Below are positions 1 to 8,211 of a stretch of DNA of 64,000 bases, in pieces. The stretch is from the NCBI GenBank assembly GCA_036269115.1, contig DATAST010000208.1, positions 2,431 through 66,430 of the forward strand. The letters are read 5' to 3'. Under the pieces are notes generated by a model. It did not search any database, was not told the DNA's origin, and saw only the letters and a list, made by a program, of their open reading frames with translations. The DNA comes from Verrucomicrobiia bacterium (GTDB lineage Bacteria > Verrucomicrobiota > Verrucomicrobiia > Limisphaerales > UBA11358). The translations under genes were made by a program, and so were the position numbers. How positions within the stretch are numbered: position 1 is the stretch's first letter; each line of letters starts with the position of its first letter.

Positions 1-675
1 AAGCCGTTTGACCAGAGATGGACGGCGTGCCGGTGGAGGATCATGAAACCGAATTTCAGTTCTGCGCGCGACCACCCGAGTCATCGCCCCGGCCTGATGG
101 AGCAGAGCGGCGGTATCCAGAGCCGAGGCGCCGGCTCCGACCACGATGACCTCGCGTCCCTTGAATGAATCCAAAGTGTTATGCTTCGAGCTATGGGTAA
201 CGTGAGTTTCCGGAAGCCCGGAGAAGATTGGCGGAATATACGGATAATAGCTCAAGCCGACAGCCACGATCACCCTGCGCGCAACAAGGGTTTCTCCATC
301 GTCCAGGCGAAGCTGATAGCCTCCGGGAGCTTGCTTTAGCGAGACCACCCTTTTGTCCTCCAATTGCGGTACAAATCTTTTTTGAAATTCCAGTCCATAC
401 GCAATAAATGTTTCCAGGGGAACCGGTATGCCGACATGGGCGTAGGGAAGGCCATTCTTCTTGCAATAAGCTTCCAAAGTAAGCTCCGATTCCGGATCGT
501 AGAGTGAGGACGCGATGCCGTCGGATTTTAGCTTCATGCCCCTTGGCATTTCCGCGCACCATGTGCGCATGGGACTGCCAAAAATTCGGAAGTTCACATT
601 TGCAGCGCGGAGATAGGCCGCAATGGAAAGACCGTACGGACCAGCTCCAATAACGGCAACGTCGATTGGGTTCAT
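1..675 (-). CDS. FAD/NAD(P)-binding oxidoreductase (flavin monooxygenase-like); C-terminus runs off the left window edge
   Basis: Absent from the ORF track because it is open at the window edge. Reverse translation from the ATG at 675-673 gives MNPIDVAVIGAGPYGLSIAAYL (GxGxxG). A second Rossmann motif, GREVIVVGAGASALD, lies about 190 aa later. The frame is open down to position 1. Confidence 0.7.
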   Translation of the reverse strand, partial: MNPIDVAVIGAGPYGLSIAAYLRAANVNFRIFGSPMRTWCAEMPRGMKLKSDGIASSLYDPESELTLEAYCKKNGLPYAHVGIPVPLETFIAYGLEFQKRFVPQLEDKRVVSLKQAPGGYQLRLDDGETLVARRVIVAVGLSYYPYIPPIFSGLPETHVTHSSKHNTLDSFKGREVIVVGAGASALDTAALLHQAGAMTRVVARRTEIRFHDPPPARRPSLVKRL

Positions 676-713
676 AAGTCAGGGTATTAATGATTAAACT
701 TCAGAGGCAAAAT

Positions 714-1553
714 TCAGGCCAATGCTCTCATGGGTCTCGACGCAGTCACTATACCTGCGCGTGTGTGCAGCACATATCCTTCATCGCGAAGCCGTTGCTT
801 CATATTCTCCAGCCTCGCTAGGTCGTGAAACTCAACTACAATATTCCGGATACGACTGAGCACTTCCGCAGAGCTGCTCTCAAGAATTTCGTATTCTCCG
901 CCCTCACAGTCTATCTTCAATAGATCGACGCTTTCGACGCCATGGTCACGGAGGAGTGTATCCAGAGATATTCCGGGAACTGAACTCAACGGCTGCCCGC
1001 TCTCACCATAGGCGGAAACCATACACTGGGCTTCGTCAGGAGCGTCAATATTCATCATGATGTCCCTGCCATCCGTAACCGCCTTGTTTACCGGCTTGAT
1101 CCGGTCTTCGTAGCCGTTATTGGCAATATTCCTGAGGAGCAACGCCCAATTCTTCGGCGAGGGTTCACAAACGATCACTCTACGGGCGTTGAGACGTTTG
1201 ACTGCGTACAAAGCAAAATCGCCAATAAAGCCGCCGACGTCTATGACGACCGGATTGTTTGGAAGAGGAAAAGCCAGATCGCGGACGTAACAATTGCTTG
1301 TAAAGATTTCCGAGACAGTCATCGCATCGCCGCAGTTTTTCCTGATCGTGATTGTAAGGCCGTCGATCGTATGGATATCTATCAACCCGGATTCTCCATG
1401 TGCGCGCAGGGCGCTCTTGAGATCGTCAGCGTTCAGGAAATGTCGCTCCGCGCTTCTTTCCAGCCAATGGATTCGGTACGCCTGCCGTGCAGCGAAGTAA
1501 AATCGCCGCGACAGACTGTTCGATGTAAAAATTCTTCGGATTGTGGGATTCAT
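714..1553 (-). CDS. FkbM-family SAM-dependent methyltransferase
   Basis: VIDVGGFIGDFALYAV SAM-binding motif and LLKIDCEGGEYEIL, both typical of FkbM-type methyltransferases. It is the last gene of the minus-strand glycan operon in this window. Confidence 0.75.
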   Translation of the reverse strand: MNPTIRRIFTSNSLSRRFYFAARQAYRIHWLERSAERHFLNADDLKSALRAHGESGLIDIHTIDGLTITIRKNCGDAMTVSEIFTSNCYVRDLAFPLPNNPVVIDVGGFIGDFALYAVKRLNARRVIVCEPSPKNWALLLRNIANNGYEDRIKPVNKAVTDGRDIMMNIDAPDEAQCMVSAYGESGQPLSSVPGISLDTLLRDHGVESVDLLKIDCEGGEYEILESSSAEVLSRIRNIVVEFHDLARLENMKQRLRDEGYVLHTRAGIVTASRPMRALA

Positions 1554-1626
1554 AATGCGGTTGGTTTTATCTCCAAGGCTTGCAGTAAGTTACTTGGCTT
1601 GTGTTCCAGCCGGGTACCGGCCCAGG

Positions 1627-2934
1627 CTAACCTGCGACCTCCAAACGCAGCATCTTTGGAGGTAATAGAGCTGGTTTGGGAGCCTGCCTCGCGACCCAAT
1701 TCAAGACCTGTGTCGTGCTCCGTGCCTTTGCATCCCATGTCAGGCGTTCTCGCGCGTAAGAGACGCCTCGCCCTCGCAGGCGATTGAGAAGATCCCTGTC
1801 GTTAGCAAGCTCCTTAAGAATATTTTCCATTTGGGATACGAAATCGGACTCATTCGTCAGGGGCACTTTGTATCCAACCTCTGGTGTCACGATATCTCCC
1901 GGTCCGCCGAAGTCTGCGACTACAGGGACCACGCCGCAGGCAAGAGCTTCAAAAACAACGCCCGCTCCATTCTCACGAACCGAGGGAAAGACCATCACAT
2001 CAGCTGTGCGCATGCGATTGAGGACTTCCTGGTGGCCAAGCCAACCGCAGAAGGACACAGCTTCCTCGACCCCAAGAGATTTTGTGAGTTCCTGGAGACG
2101 GTTGCGTTCCGGGCCGTCACCGATCACAGTGAAGCGGGCGAAACCGTTTCGCAACAGGGGACAAGCTGCGCGCAATGCAAGATCACAAGCTTTCCTGGGG
2201 ACCAGGCCGCCGACGAAAATGAGCTCCAGTTTGGTCCCGGGCTTTGAAATGCGCGACTCATCCGAACACAAGGAGAGAGCAATTCCGGGTTCCGGAACAA
2301 AGAAAAGCTTGTCGCCATACGCGGCAAATTCCGCACACGCCTGGGATGAGGCGCCTATGATCGCCGCCGCATGGCGATAGGTGGACCGGGCCAAAGGCAG
2401 AAACCGGTAGAGATTTCGCAGGCCGGAACTCCATTGCTTTTCGTTCTCGGCCTGGCTGAAGCCCTTGACATATGGGAGAGCCGATTGAAGCGGTCCAATC
2501 ACGAAAGGCACAGGTCCTTTGCGCAGCAGGAAAGCGAATGGGCTGGGAATGACCGCGGACATGGGTATGATGCGAAGCACCACATCGAACTCGCCCGCAG
2601 TAATACGACGTTTGAACTGACGCCAGGCGCACCATTCAAAGGCGAAATTGAAAGGCAAATGGAAAGCAGTCAACGCCTGTGAATTAAAGTTCCCTTTAAA
2701 AACCTTGCGGAAGCCCCAATCGAATAGACGTTCGAGCATTGGCATGTGAACCACCTCAATAACCCGAAATGATGCTTTCGCACGCCGCACAGGTTCCTCA
2801 ACCGGCGCCCGAATCACCATAGTAACATCGTGGAGCTCTGCCAGCGCCGCCGCGTGAAAAAAAGTCACATAGGGAATACTCACCGCATCCGGATTACAAT
2901 CCGAACCCAAAAGCAAGACACGTAAGCGGCTCAT
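1627..2934 (-). CDS. Glycosyltransferase family 4 (GT-B, group 1)
   Basis: C-terminal VFPSVRENGAGVVFEALACGVVPVVADFGGPGDIV (EX7E-type GT4 motif). The track ORF extends to 3147, but that extension overlaps the upstream gene. I chose the ATG at 2934 (MSRLRVLLLGS), which lies 26 nt after the neighbour's stop. Confidence 0.8.
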   Translation of the reverse strand: MSRLRVLLLGSDCNPDAVSIPYVTFFHAAALAELHDVTMVIRAPVEEPVRRAKASFRVIEVVHMPMLERLFDWGFRKVFKGNFNSQALTAFHLPFNFAFEWCAWRQFKRRITAGEFDVVLRIIPMSAVIPSPFAFLLRKGPVPFVIGPLQSALPYVKGFSQAENEKQWSSGLRNLYRFLPLARSTYRHAAAIIGASSQACAEFAAYGDKLFFVPEPGIALSLCSDESRISKPGTKLELIFVGGLVPRKACDLALRAACPLLRNGFARFTVIGDGPERNRLQELTKSLGVEEAVSFCGWLGHQEVLNRMRTADVMVFPSVRENGAGVVFEALACGVVPVVADFGGPGDIVTPEVGYKVPLTNESDFVSQMENILKELANDRDLLNRLRGRGVSYARERLTWDAKARSTTQVLNWVARQAPKPALLPPKMLRLEVAG

Positions 2935-2959
2935 AAATTCTCCTGGCTTCCAGCTTGTT

Positions 2960-4282
2960 CTATTTGCATCCTTTTGTGGCAGTCGGGGCGCCAGGCGCTG
3001 CACACCTGTTTTCAACCAGCTTTGAATAGACTTTTGCTGTGATGGTAGCGACTTTAGTCCACGAATATCGTTGATTTGCGTATTCGCGAATTTCCTGCCG
3101 CTCACGATCGAGATTGTTATACAGATTGCTTGAAAAATAGCTTGCAATGGCGTTGGTCAAAGCCGTCGGGTCATTTGGCGGGCAGATGAAGCCAGTCGTG
3201 CCATCGATGATTTCATCTTTCAACGAGCCGACGTCCGTAGCGATCACTGGTAAACCAAAACTGTAACCTAAAAAAAGCACACCACTCTGAAAGATGTGCG
3301 TGTACGGAAGGACTAGAACATCGGCCGCTTTAAAGTATAGCTCCGTTTGTTCATCCGGAATAAATTCAATACGCTGTATTATCCGGTTACCCGCACCGCT
3401 GGCGGCGATCGCGTTCTGAACACGATTCCAGTAATCTTCACACTCTTTAACCCCGCCAGCTATGATGAGGCGATATTCCCCGGAGTTTTTTGCGAGTTCG
3501 GTAAAAGCTGCGATCAAATATTCCAATCCCTTGTACGGCGTAATATGGCCGAAAAACAACAGCGTCCGCTCGCCCTCCCGGATGCCGAGTTTTTGCTTCG
3601 CCGTTTCCGTCGTCAACTCGGTGTTGGGAACCGTATTATTGATCCCGAAAGGAATGATGCTGATCTTTCCGTCCGGGACGGCAAAGCCCGATTTCAGCTC
3701 TTCCTTCATAGCCACTGTGTGAACAAAAATGTGGTCGCTGAGACGATACTGGAATTTGAGAGTCAAGCGGTTCAGTAATGAATCATTGCCATCTCGAATT
3801 CCGGCATTAATATTGTGGGCCGTAAAGACAATTTTCTTGCCCAGCAATTTGTAATAAATCATCAGAACAGTGCGGTCGAAAAGCTCAAACTTATTGTTCC
3901 AGAGGATGTGGAAAACGCGAGGCTTGGCCGTAAGTGCGTACGCGATCAGTCGGACATAATACACCAGCACTCGCGACATTTTTTGAACCAGGGTGCCATC
4001 AGTGCGCTGATTGCGTAAATTCAGATACTTGACCCGGGAATTTCCATGCAACTCTGGAGCGTCTACCAGATCACTGCCGATGAAATCGAACGTCTGACCG
4101 CGCGAAAGGAGGGCGAACGCCAGTCCGAGCGCATATGGCTTGTCTCTGCCGGCGGTGAGCAACGCGGTCGCTGGTATGGCCGAGGGTTCAACCTCTAAAG
4201 GTTTTCCTTCGTAATTTTCTTTTCCCAAAGCTCCGCACGCGGTCATGGCAGCGCCAGATCGCTCTTGAAATACCGTCGTCAT
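2960..4282 (-). CDS. Glycosyltransferase family 4 (GT-B, group 1)
   Basis: LLFFGHITPYKGLEYLI and VLPYTHIFQSGVLFLGYSFGLPVIATDVGSLKDEI motifs. The start may be an internal Met. Confidence 0.8.
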   Translation of the reverse strand: MTTVFQERSGAAMTACGALGKENYEGKPLEVEPSAIPATALLTAGRDKPYALGLAFALLSRGQTFDFIGSDLVDAPELHGNSRVKYLNLRNQRTDGTLVQKMSRVLVYYVRLIAYALTAKPRVFHILWNNKFELFDRTVLMIYYKLLGKKIVFTAHNINAGIRDGNDSLLNRLTLKFQYRLSDHIFVHTVAMKEELKSGFAVPDGKISIIPFGINNTVPNTELTTETAKQKLGIREGERTLLFFGHITPYKGLEYLIAAFTELAKNSGEYRLIIAGGVKECEDYWNRVQNAIAASGAGNRIIQRIEFIPDEQTELYFKAADVLVLPYTHIFQSGVLFLGYSFGLPVIATDVGSLKDEIIDGTTGFICPPNDPTALTNAIASYFSSNLYNNLDRERQEIREYANQRYSWTKVATITAKVYSKLVENRCAAPGAPTATKGCK

Positions 4283-4359
4283 CGTATTTTAGGGTTCGAA
4301 ATCTTCCGAGAGACACTTCGGAAGACAGTCGGAAATGAGAACGGACCGATGGAATGCAG

Positions 4360-5046
4360 TCAGGCCGTCGGCTTGACAGCAGGCACTCGCTTTTGGCTCA
4401 GTCGCCGCAATTGCCTCGCAAGGAGAAACATGCATCCACCGCAACACAACAGCCGGTTTGATGAAATTTCAGGCACTTCTGTGATCATAAGGTTGGAGAG
4501 GTTTGCATTTAAACCCTCATCCAAAACAAAATCAAAGGAAATCGAAGTAGTCGATGATGCCGCCACAGCAGTGAAATCATAGTTTACGGACGGGAAGACA
4601 TATCCGCCATGTCCCATATAGCCATCGTCGAAGGCATCATCCAAACTATTTTTGCAGTTGCCGAACCACAGATCACCGGCCCCGCCAAAGTTGCCGGAAA
4701 AACTGGCGTCTTGCAGGGTAAAGGAAATTTCATAGGTCGCCCCGGCAGTTGTATTCAGGTTTGCGCCTAGATTCAATCGGTTAAGCGCGGGGTAACTCGA
4801 ATAGTCTCCGATAAACGTTGCCGAACTGGATGAGTCAATTCTAATAAGACCGGTGTATGGCGCTGACCCATCTACCCAATTGTAGAGATCCGCAAAGTTT
4901 CCCCCGGCGCGAGCCGTTGATGAAAATTGAAGCAAAAAGACTGACAAGGCGGCGATTTGGAAAAGCGCGGACCATCTATAAGCGCTTCGGGGATTCAACC
5001 ATGAACCCCATCGGCGTCCCCAGTTCGTTTTTGTCTCTGTTGTCAC
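4360..5046 (-). CDS. Secreted protein with a divergent PEP-CTERM-like C-terminal sorting signal
   Basis: N-terminal signal peptide (ALFQIAALSVFLLQFSSTARA/GG). The C-terminus is TEVPEISSNRLLCCGGCMFLLARQLRRLSQKR, that is a VPE motif, a short hydrophobic segment and an Arg-rich cluster. Confidence 0.6.
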   Translation of the reverse strand: MTTETKTNWGRRWGSWLNPRSAYRWSALFQIAALSVFLLQFSSTARAGGNFADLYNWVDGSAPYTGLIRIDSSSSATFIGDYSSYPALNRLNLGANLNTTAGATYEISFTLQDASFSGNFGGAGDLWFGNCKNSLDDAFDDGYMGHGGYVFPSVNYDFTAVAASSTTSISFDFVLDEGLNANLSNLMITEVPEISSNRLLCCGGCMFLLARQLRRLSQKRVPAVKPTA

Positions 5047-5242
5047 ACGATTATGATTTACAACGTCGCCAGCACTTTAAATTCAAATCTGCTCTCCGTC
5101 TATACTGGTTCGGGACATCACTGGACACAAACAGGACACCGTCAATCTGTCAAGTAGTATTTTTAAACAATGATATTCCTTTCGTTTAATTTGCAATTTA
5201 CAGAAACCAATCGCCCGAAGTCGGAATTCAGGGCCAGTCGGT

Positions 5243-6151
5243 TTATTTTCCAAAACCTGCGCTGACAACCGGGACTTCAAGTTTGGCCATCACTGCGTCA
5301 AACACATTTTCCAGGCTAATAGCCGTGGTTGCCCGGCGATCCCGGTCTCGCTGATAAAAGAACTCCGCCAGCAATGGTGAAATGATCTTTTGCTGCAGAT
5401 CATATTCATGAATCTCCCATGGGCTGGTGCAATTGAACAGCGTGACGCAGCGAGTCCTCGTGCCCAGGGCGAAGTGCATTGGCAAACTATCGCCGCCCAC
5501 CAGACAGCGGTGATTTCGAACGTCGCCCAGATGTTCCAGGAGGGTTTCCCGGCGAGGCAGCACGTTGACAATTAATCCGCGGGCTTCAAGTTTTTCCTTA
5601 AGGACATCGTAATAAGCCCAGTTTTTCATGGGCCAGACCGGGCCGGCCTCCGGGGCAATGGCAACGTCACCGGCCAAATTCGTCCAGGCCGGCGCCGGAA
5701 GACGATACGGCTCGCCGTTAAACCGGAAGCCCAGGCCGGAAAAAATGAGGTCCTGATAGGTCCGCCGATTTTCAAGTTTCAGGCGGTCGGCGGCCTGCTT
5801 GCCGAAACGGCTAATAAGGCTTAAATCGAACCACTCGCGGGAATCATTAGTATAAGTAAGCCGGCCATCCGCTTCCAGGAATGCCCCGAACACGCGGCTA
5901 TATTTCAAGCTCTGCGCGAATCGTCCCGATTCCAGCGTATCTTCCAGGTTGATAACCTGGTCATAAATTTGGCTGGCCGCCAAATGCCGTTCTTCCCATG
6001 AAAGGCAGCGCAAATTGGCCTGCAACCCCTCCAGCAAAGACAAGTTTTTAGCTGCCGTGATCCAGGTAATGTGGCCGGTCATTTTTTCCAGGAGCGGCGT
6101 GGTGCGAACCACATCGCCGGTTGCGCCGAGTTTGATGATTAGAATATGCAT
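5243..6151 (-). CDS. Glycosyltransferase family 9 (heptosyltransferase-like)
   Basis: N-terminal MHILIIKLGATGDVVRTTPLL is the GT9 signature. A GGDSLPMHFALG motif lies near the C-terminus. Confidence 0.75.
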   Translation of the reverse strand: MHILIIKLGATGDVVRTTPLLEKMTGHITWITAAKNLSLLEGLQANLRCLSWEERHLAASQIYDQVINLEDTLESGRFAQSLKYSRVFGAFLEADGRLTYTNDSREWFDLSLISRFGKQAADRLKLENRRTYQDLIFSGLGFRFNGEPYRLPAPAWTNLAGDVAIAPEAGPVWPMKNWAYYDVLKEKLEARGLIVNVLPRRETLLEHLGDVRNHRCLVGGDSLPMHFALGTRTRCVTLFNCTSPWEIHEYDLQQKIISPLLAEFFYQRDRDRRATTAISLENVFDAVMAKLEVPVVSAGFGK

Positions 6152-6173
6152 AGGGTTTTGATTTGTTGCAGCG

Positions 6174-8054
6174 TCATGTTTGTGCGCTCTGACTGAAATT
6201 TTTGTGTTTCGCTAAATCGGTCCAGCCTGCGACCGATTGATCGCTTCCGCACGAAAGATTTCGGAACAAAAGTCGTTCAACTCCCGCAAGCGTGAGCACA
6301 GCGTTGATTTCTTCGATGTAATTTTTGCGCCCGGAAATATGCTCCTCAACCATGCCCTTGAGGAATTCTTTGTTCCAATAGGGACTTTGGCGGGTTTGGG
6401 GGTCGGTCAGCGACTCTTTTACGTAAGACGCCAGGTCCTTTCGGAACCAGGTGTTGTAGCGGAGGTATCGATAACTGGCAAACCGCTGCATGCACGCGGC
6501 GACTGGACGAAAGACCGGCTCCAATAGCGAAAGCTTCGATGGCAGGCCGTGGTTATAGTAATAATCGAATTTAAACGCGACTTTTGCGGCCTTTTTATTA
6601 AAAGCGGCCGCCGTTCCGGAGGCCCGGCCGAGGTACCCCATGTCCGTCGGAATATTCGCCACGGCTTTGTCGTTGTTCCGGATGAACCGGACGGCAGGAT
6701 CAGAGGATGTACGCACGCTGACAGGCGTCCGGTAGGCAAGCTCCACGAGCTCATTGTCCAGGTAGGGGGTTCGAAGGCGAAGCTGGGAACGGCAGGCGGA
6801 TACGGTGCCGAATCTGTTCCAGGGCATTTCCTTGAAGGCCGCAAATGTGACCGGGTGTTCGTTCCCCCGGCGCAGTTCTCCGGCGTTCAGGTTATGTTGA
6901 ATCAATTCCTTCGATAAGTTAAGCGGCCTAAACATGGAGACGCCTCTGAATATTTCACCGCCGAAGATGCCGGTCAGTCGGACCGGCGACAAGTCACGCG
7001 CCCGTTGGCTGAGATATATTTCGTGGGTTCCGGTGAGCCCGAAATATCCGTCCGTTGCATAAATCGTTTTATCCGCCCATTTCGGGAAGTCCGTAATAAA
7101 ATCGGCGCCGAGTCGCAGAAGCTTGTGTTGCAGGCCACATGCGTCCGCCACACGCCCCGCGAGCCTGGCATCAAGGTTATCTTCGGTTTGACCTGAATAG
7201 GTATAGCAGATCGCGTTCAAGGACGCTCCCGGCAAACACGCCATGATCATCCGCGTGTCAAGGCCAGCCGTCAGCGAGATGCCTAATTTCAAATCAGTTT
7301 CAATGTAGCGGGGCAGAATTCGTCCAAACGTTTCCTGAAAGGCCGAATCGAACGATTCTACCGAGAGCGGAGTCTGGGACTCCCAACTTTCGGGTGAAAA
7401 ATATTTGTGCTTTTTCGAAGTTCCATTAACGAAGGGCCACAACGACGCGCCTGGCAGCAAGGAGATTCCCTTGAATAATGTTCGCTCTTCCAGGGTAGTG
7501 CCATAGGCCAGGAATTGAGCGACGCCCTGCTCGTCGAAACGCCTCAACTCGGGCAGAATGCGCAATAGCGCCTTGGCTTCACTGGCAAAATAGAACGCGT
7601 CGGCTGCCTCGTGCAGGTACAGGCGCTCCATTCCGTAACGGTCATTGAACAAAAAGGCTTTTCCCTTGCGTTTATCAACCAAAATGCCCGTGAACAGGCC
7701 ATTCAGGTTTTCGAAAAACTGGTCGCCTTGTTCTTCATAAAGATGAACGAGCCAGGTTGATTTGCTGGTCCCGGGTTGATGGCCCTTTCGCCGGAGTTCA
7801 ACTCCGATTTGAGGGTCAAGAAAGCATTCACCCGTAAGCACGAGCGCAATATCCTGCTGCTCATTCTGGAAAGGCTGGTCCGCGGCAAAGGCGCTGTCGT
7901 GTATCGCCCATCCACAATAGACTCCCATTTCGGGAACAGAAAATGTTCCAGCTTTGCAAAAGGTCTCAAACCACATGGCCGCGCCCATCGTATTCAGGGC
8001 TTGCTGAAATTCGGCCGCAGGTTTGCGGCTAATAATTCCAAAGATTCCGGGCAT
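6174..8054 (-). CDS. Asparagine synthetase B-family amidotransferase paralog lacking the N-terminal catalytic Cys
   Basis: AsnB-like length and layout, including an SLTAGLDT PP-loop-like motif. The N-terminus reads MPGIFGI (codon CCC) where class II amidotransferases have MCGI. Confidence 0.75.
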   Translation of the reverse strand: MPGIFGIISRKPAAEFQQALNTMGAAMWFETFCKAGTFSVPEMGVYCGWAIHDSAFAADQPFQNEQQDIALVLTGECFLDPQIGVELRRKGHQPGTSKSTWLVHLYEEQGDQFFENLNGLFTGILVDKRKGKAFLFNDRYGMERLYLHEAADAFYFASEAKALLRILPELRRFDEQGVAQFLAYGTTLEERTLFKGISLLPGASLWPFVNGTSKKHKYFSPESWESQTPLSVESFDSAFQETFGRILPRYIETDLKLGISLTAGLDTRMIMACLPGASLNAICYTYSGQTEDNLDARLAGRVADACGLQHKLLRLGADFITDFPKWADKTIYATDGYFGLTGTHEIYLSQRARDLSPVRLTGIFGGEIFRGVSMFRPLNLSKELIQHNLNAGELRRGNEHPVTFAAFKEMPWNRFGTVSACRSQLRLRTPYLDNELVELAYRTPVSVRTSSDPAVRFIRNNDKAVANIPTDMGYLGRASGTAAAFNKKAAKVAFKFDYYYNHGLPSKLSLLEPVFRPVAACMQRFASYRYLRYNTWFRKDLASYVKESLTDPQTRQSPYWNKEFLKGMVEEHISGRKNYIEEINAVLTLAGVERLLFRNLSCGSDQSVAGWTDLAKHKNFSQSAQT

Positions 8055-8084
8055 AAGGCAACAAAGGGGGGAATTCTGAAAAAC

Positions 8085-8159
8085 TGGAGCCGGCGGGAGG
8101 AATTAAACACTCCATCTGCCAAATACAATTTGGCCGCTCTGACGTTGAGCTACACCGGC
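8085..8159 (-). tRNA. tRNA-Thr(UGU)-like gene with a non-canonical D loop and bulged T stem (non-proteinogenic tRNA, or a degenerate tRNA)
   Basis: The minus-strand 75-mer is GCCGGTGTAGCTCAACGTCAGAGCGGCCAAATTGTATTTGGCAGATGGAGTGTTTAATTCCTCCCGCCGGCTCCA. It folds with a 7-bp acceptor stem (one G-U), a 4-bp D stem GCTC/GAGC, a 5-bp anticodon stem GCCAA/TTGGC and the loop ATTGTAT (U33, UGU, A37). CCA is encoded. The D loop lacks GG, the T loop is TTTAATT, and the T stem GGAG(T)G/CCTCC has one bulged T. Confidence 0.5.
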
Positions 8160-8211
8160 AATAAAGCGTTAACAATACGCCATCTTTCTAAAGAGTAAAG
8201 TACAGAGGCGT

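Noticed and set aside
2935-3147. N-terminal 71-codon extension of the GT4 ORF as listed in the track (1627-3147).
   Set aside because: The extension overlaps the 3' end of the upstream GT4 gene (2960-4282) out of frame. A Met at 2934 gives the canonical GT4 N-terminus (MSRLRVLLLGS).
8085-8159. That the tRNA-like sequence is a chance cloverleaf.
   Set aside because: Chance is unlikely. The element has 16 canonical stem pairs across the acceptor, D and anticodon arms, a correct 7-nt anticodon loop with U33 and A37, an encoded CCA, and clear similarity to bacterial tRNA-Thr (GCCG-T-TAGCTCA ... AGAGC). The open question is whether it is functional or a pseudogene, not whether it derives from a tRNA.
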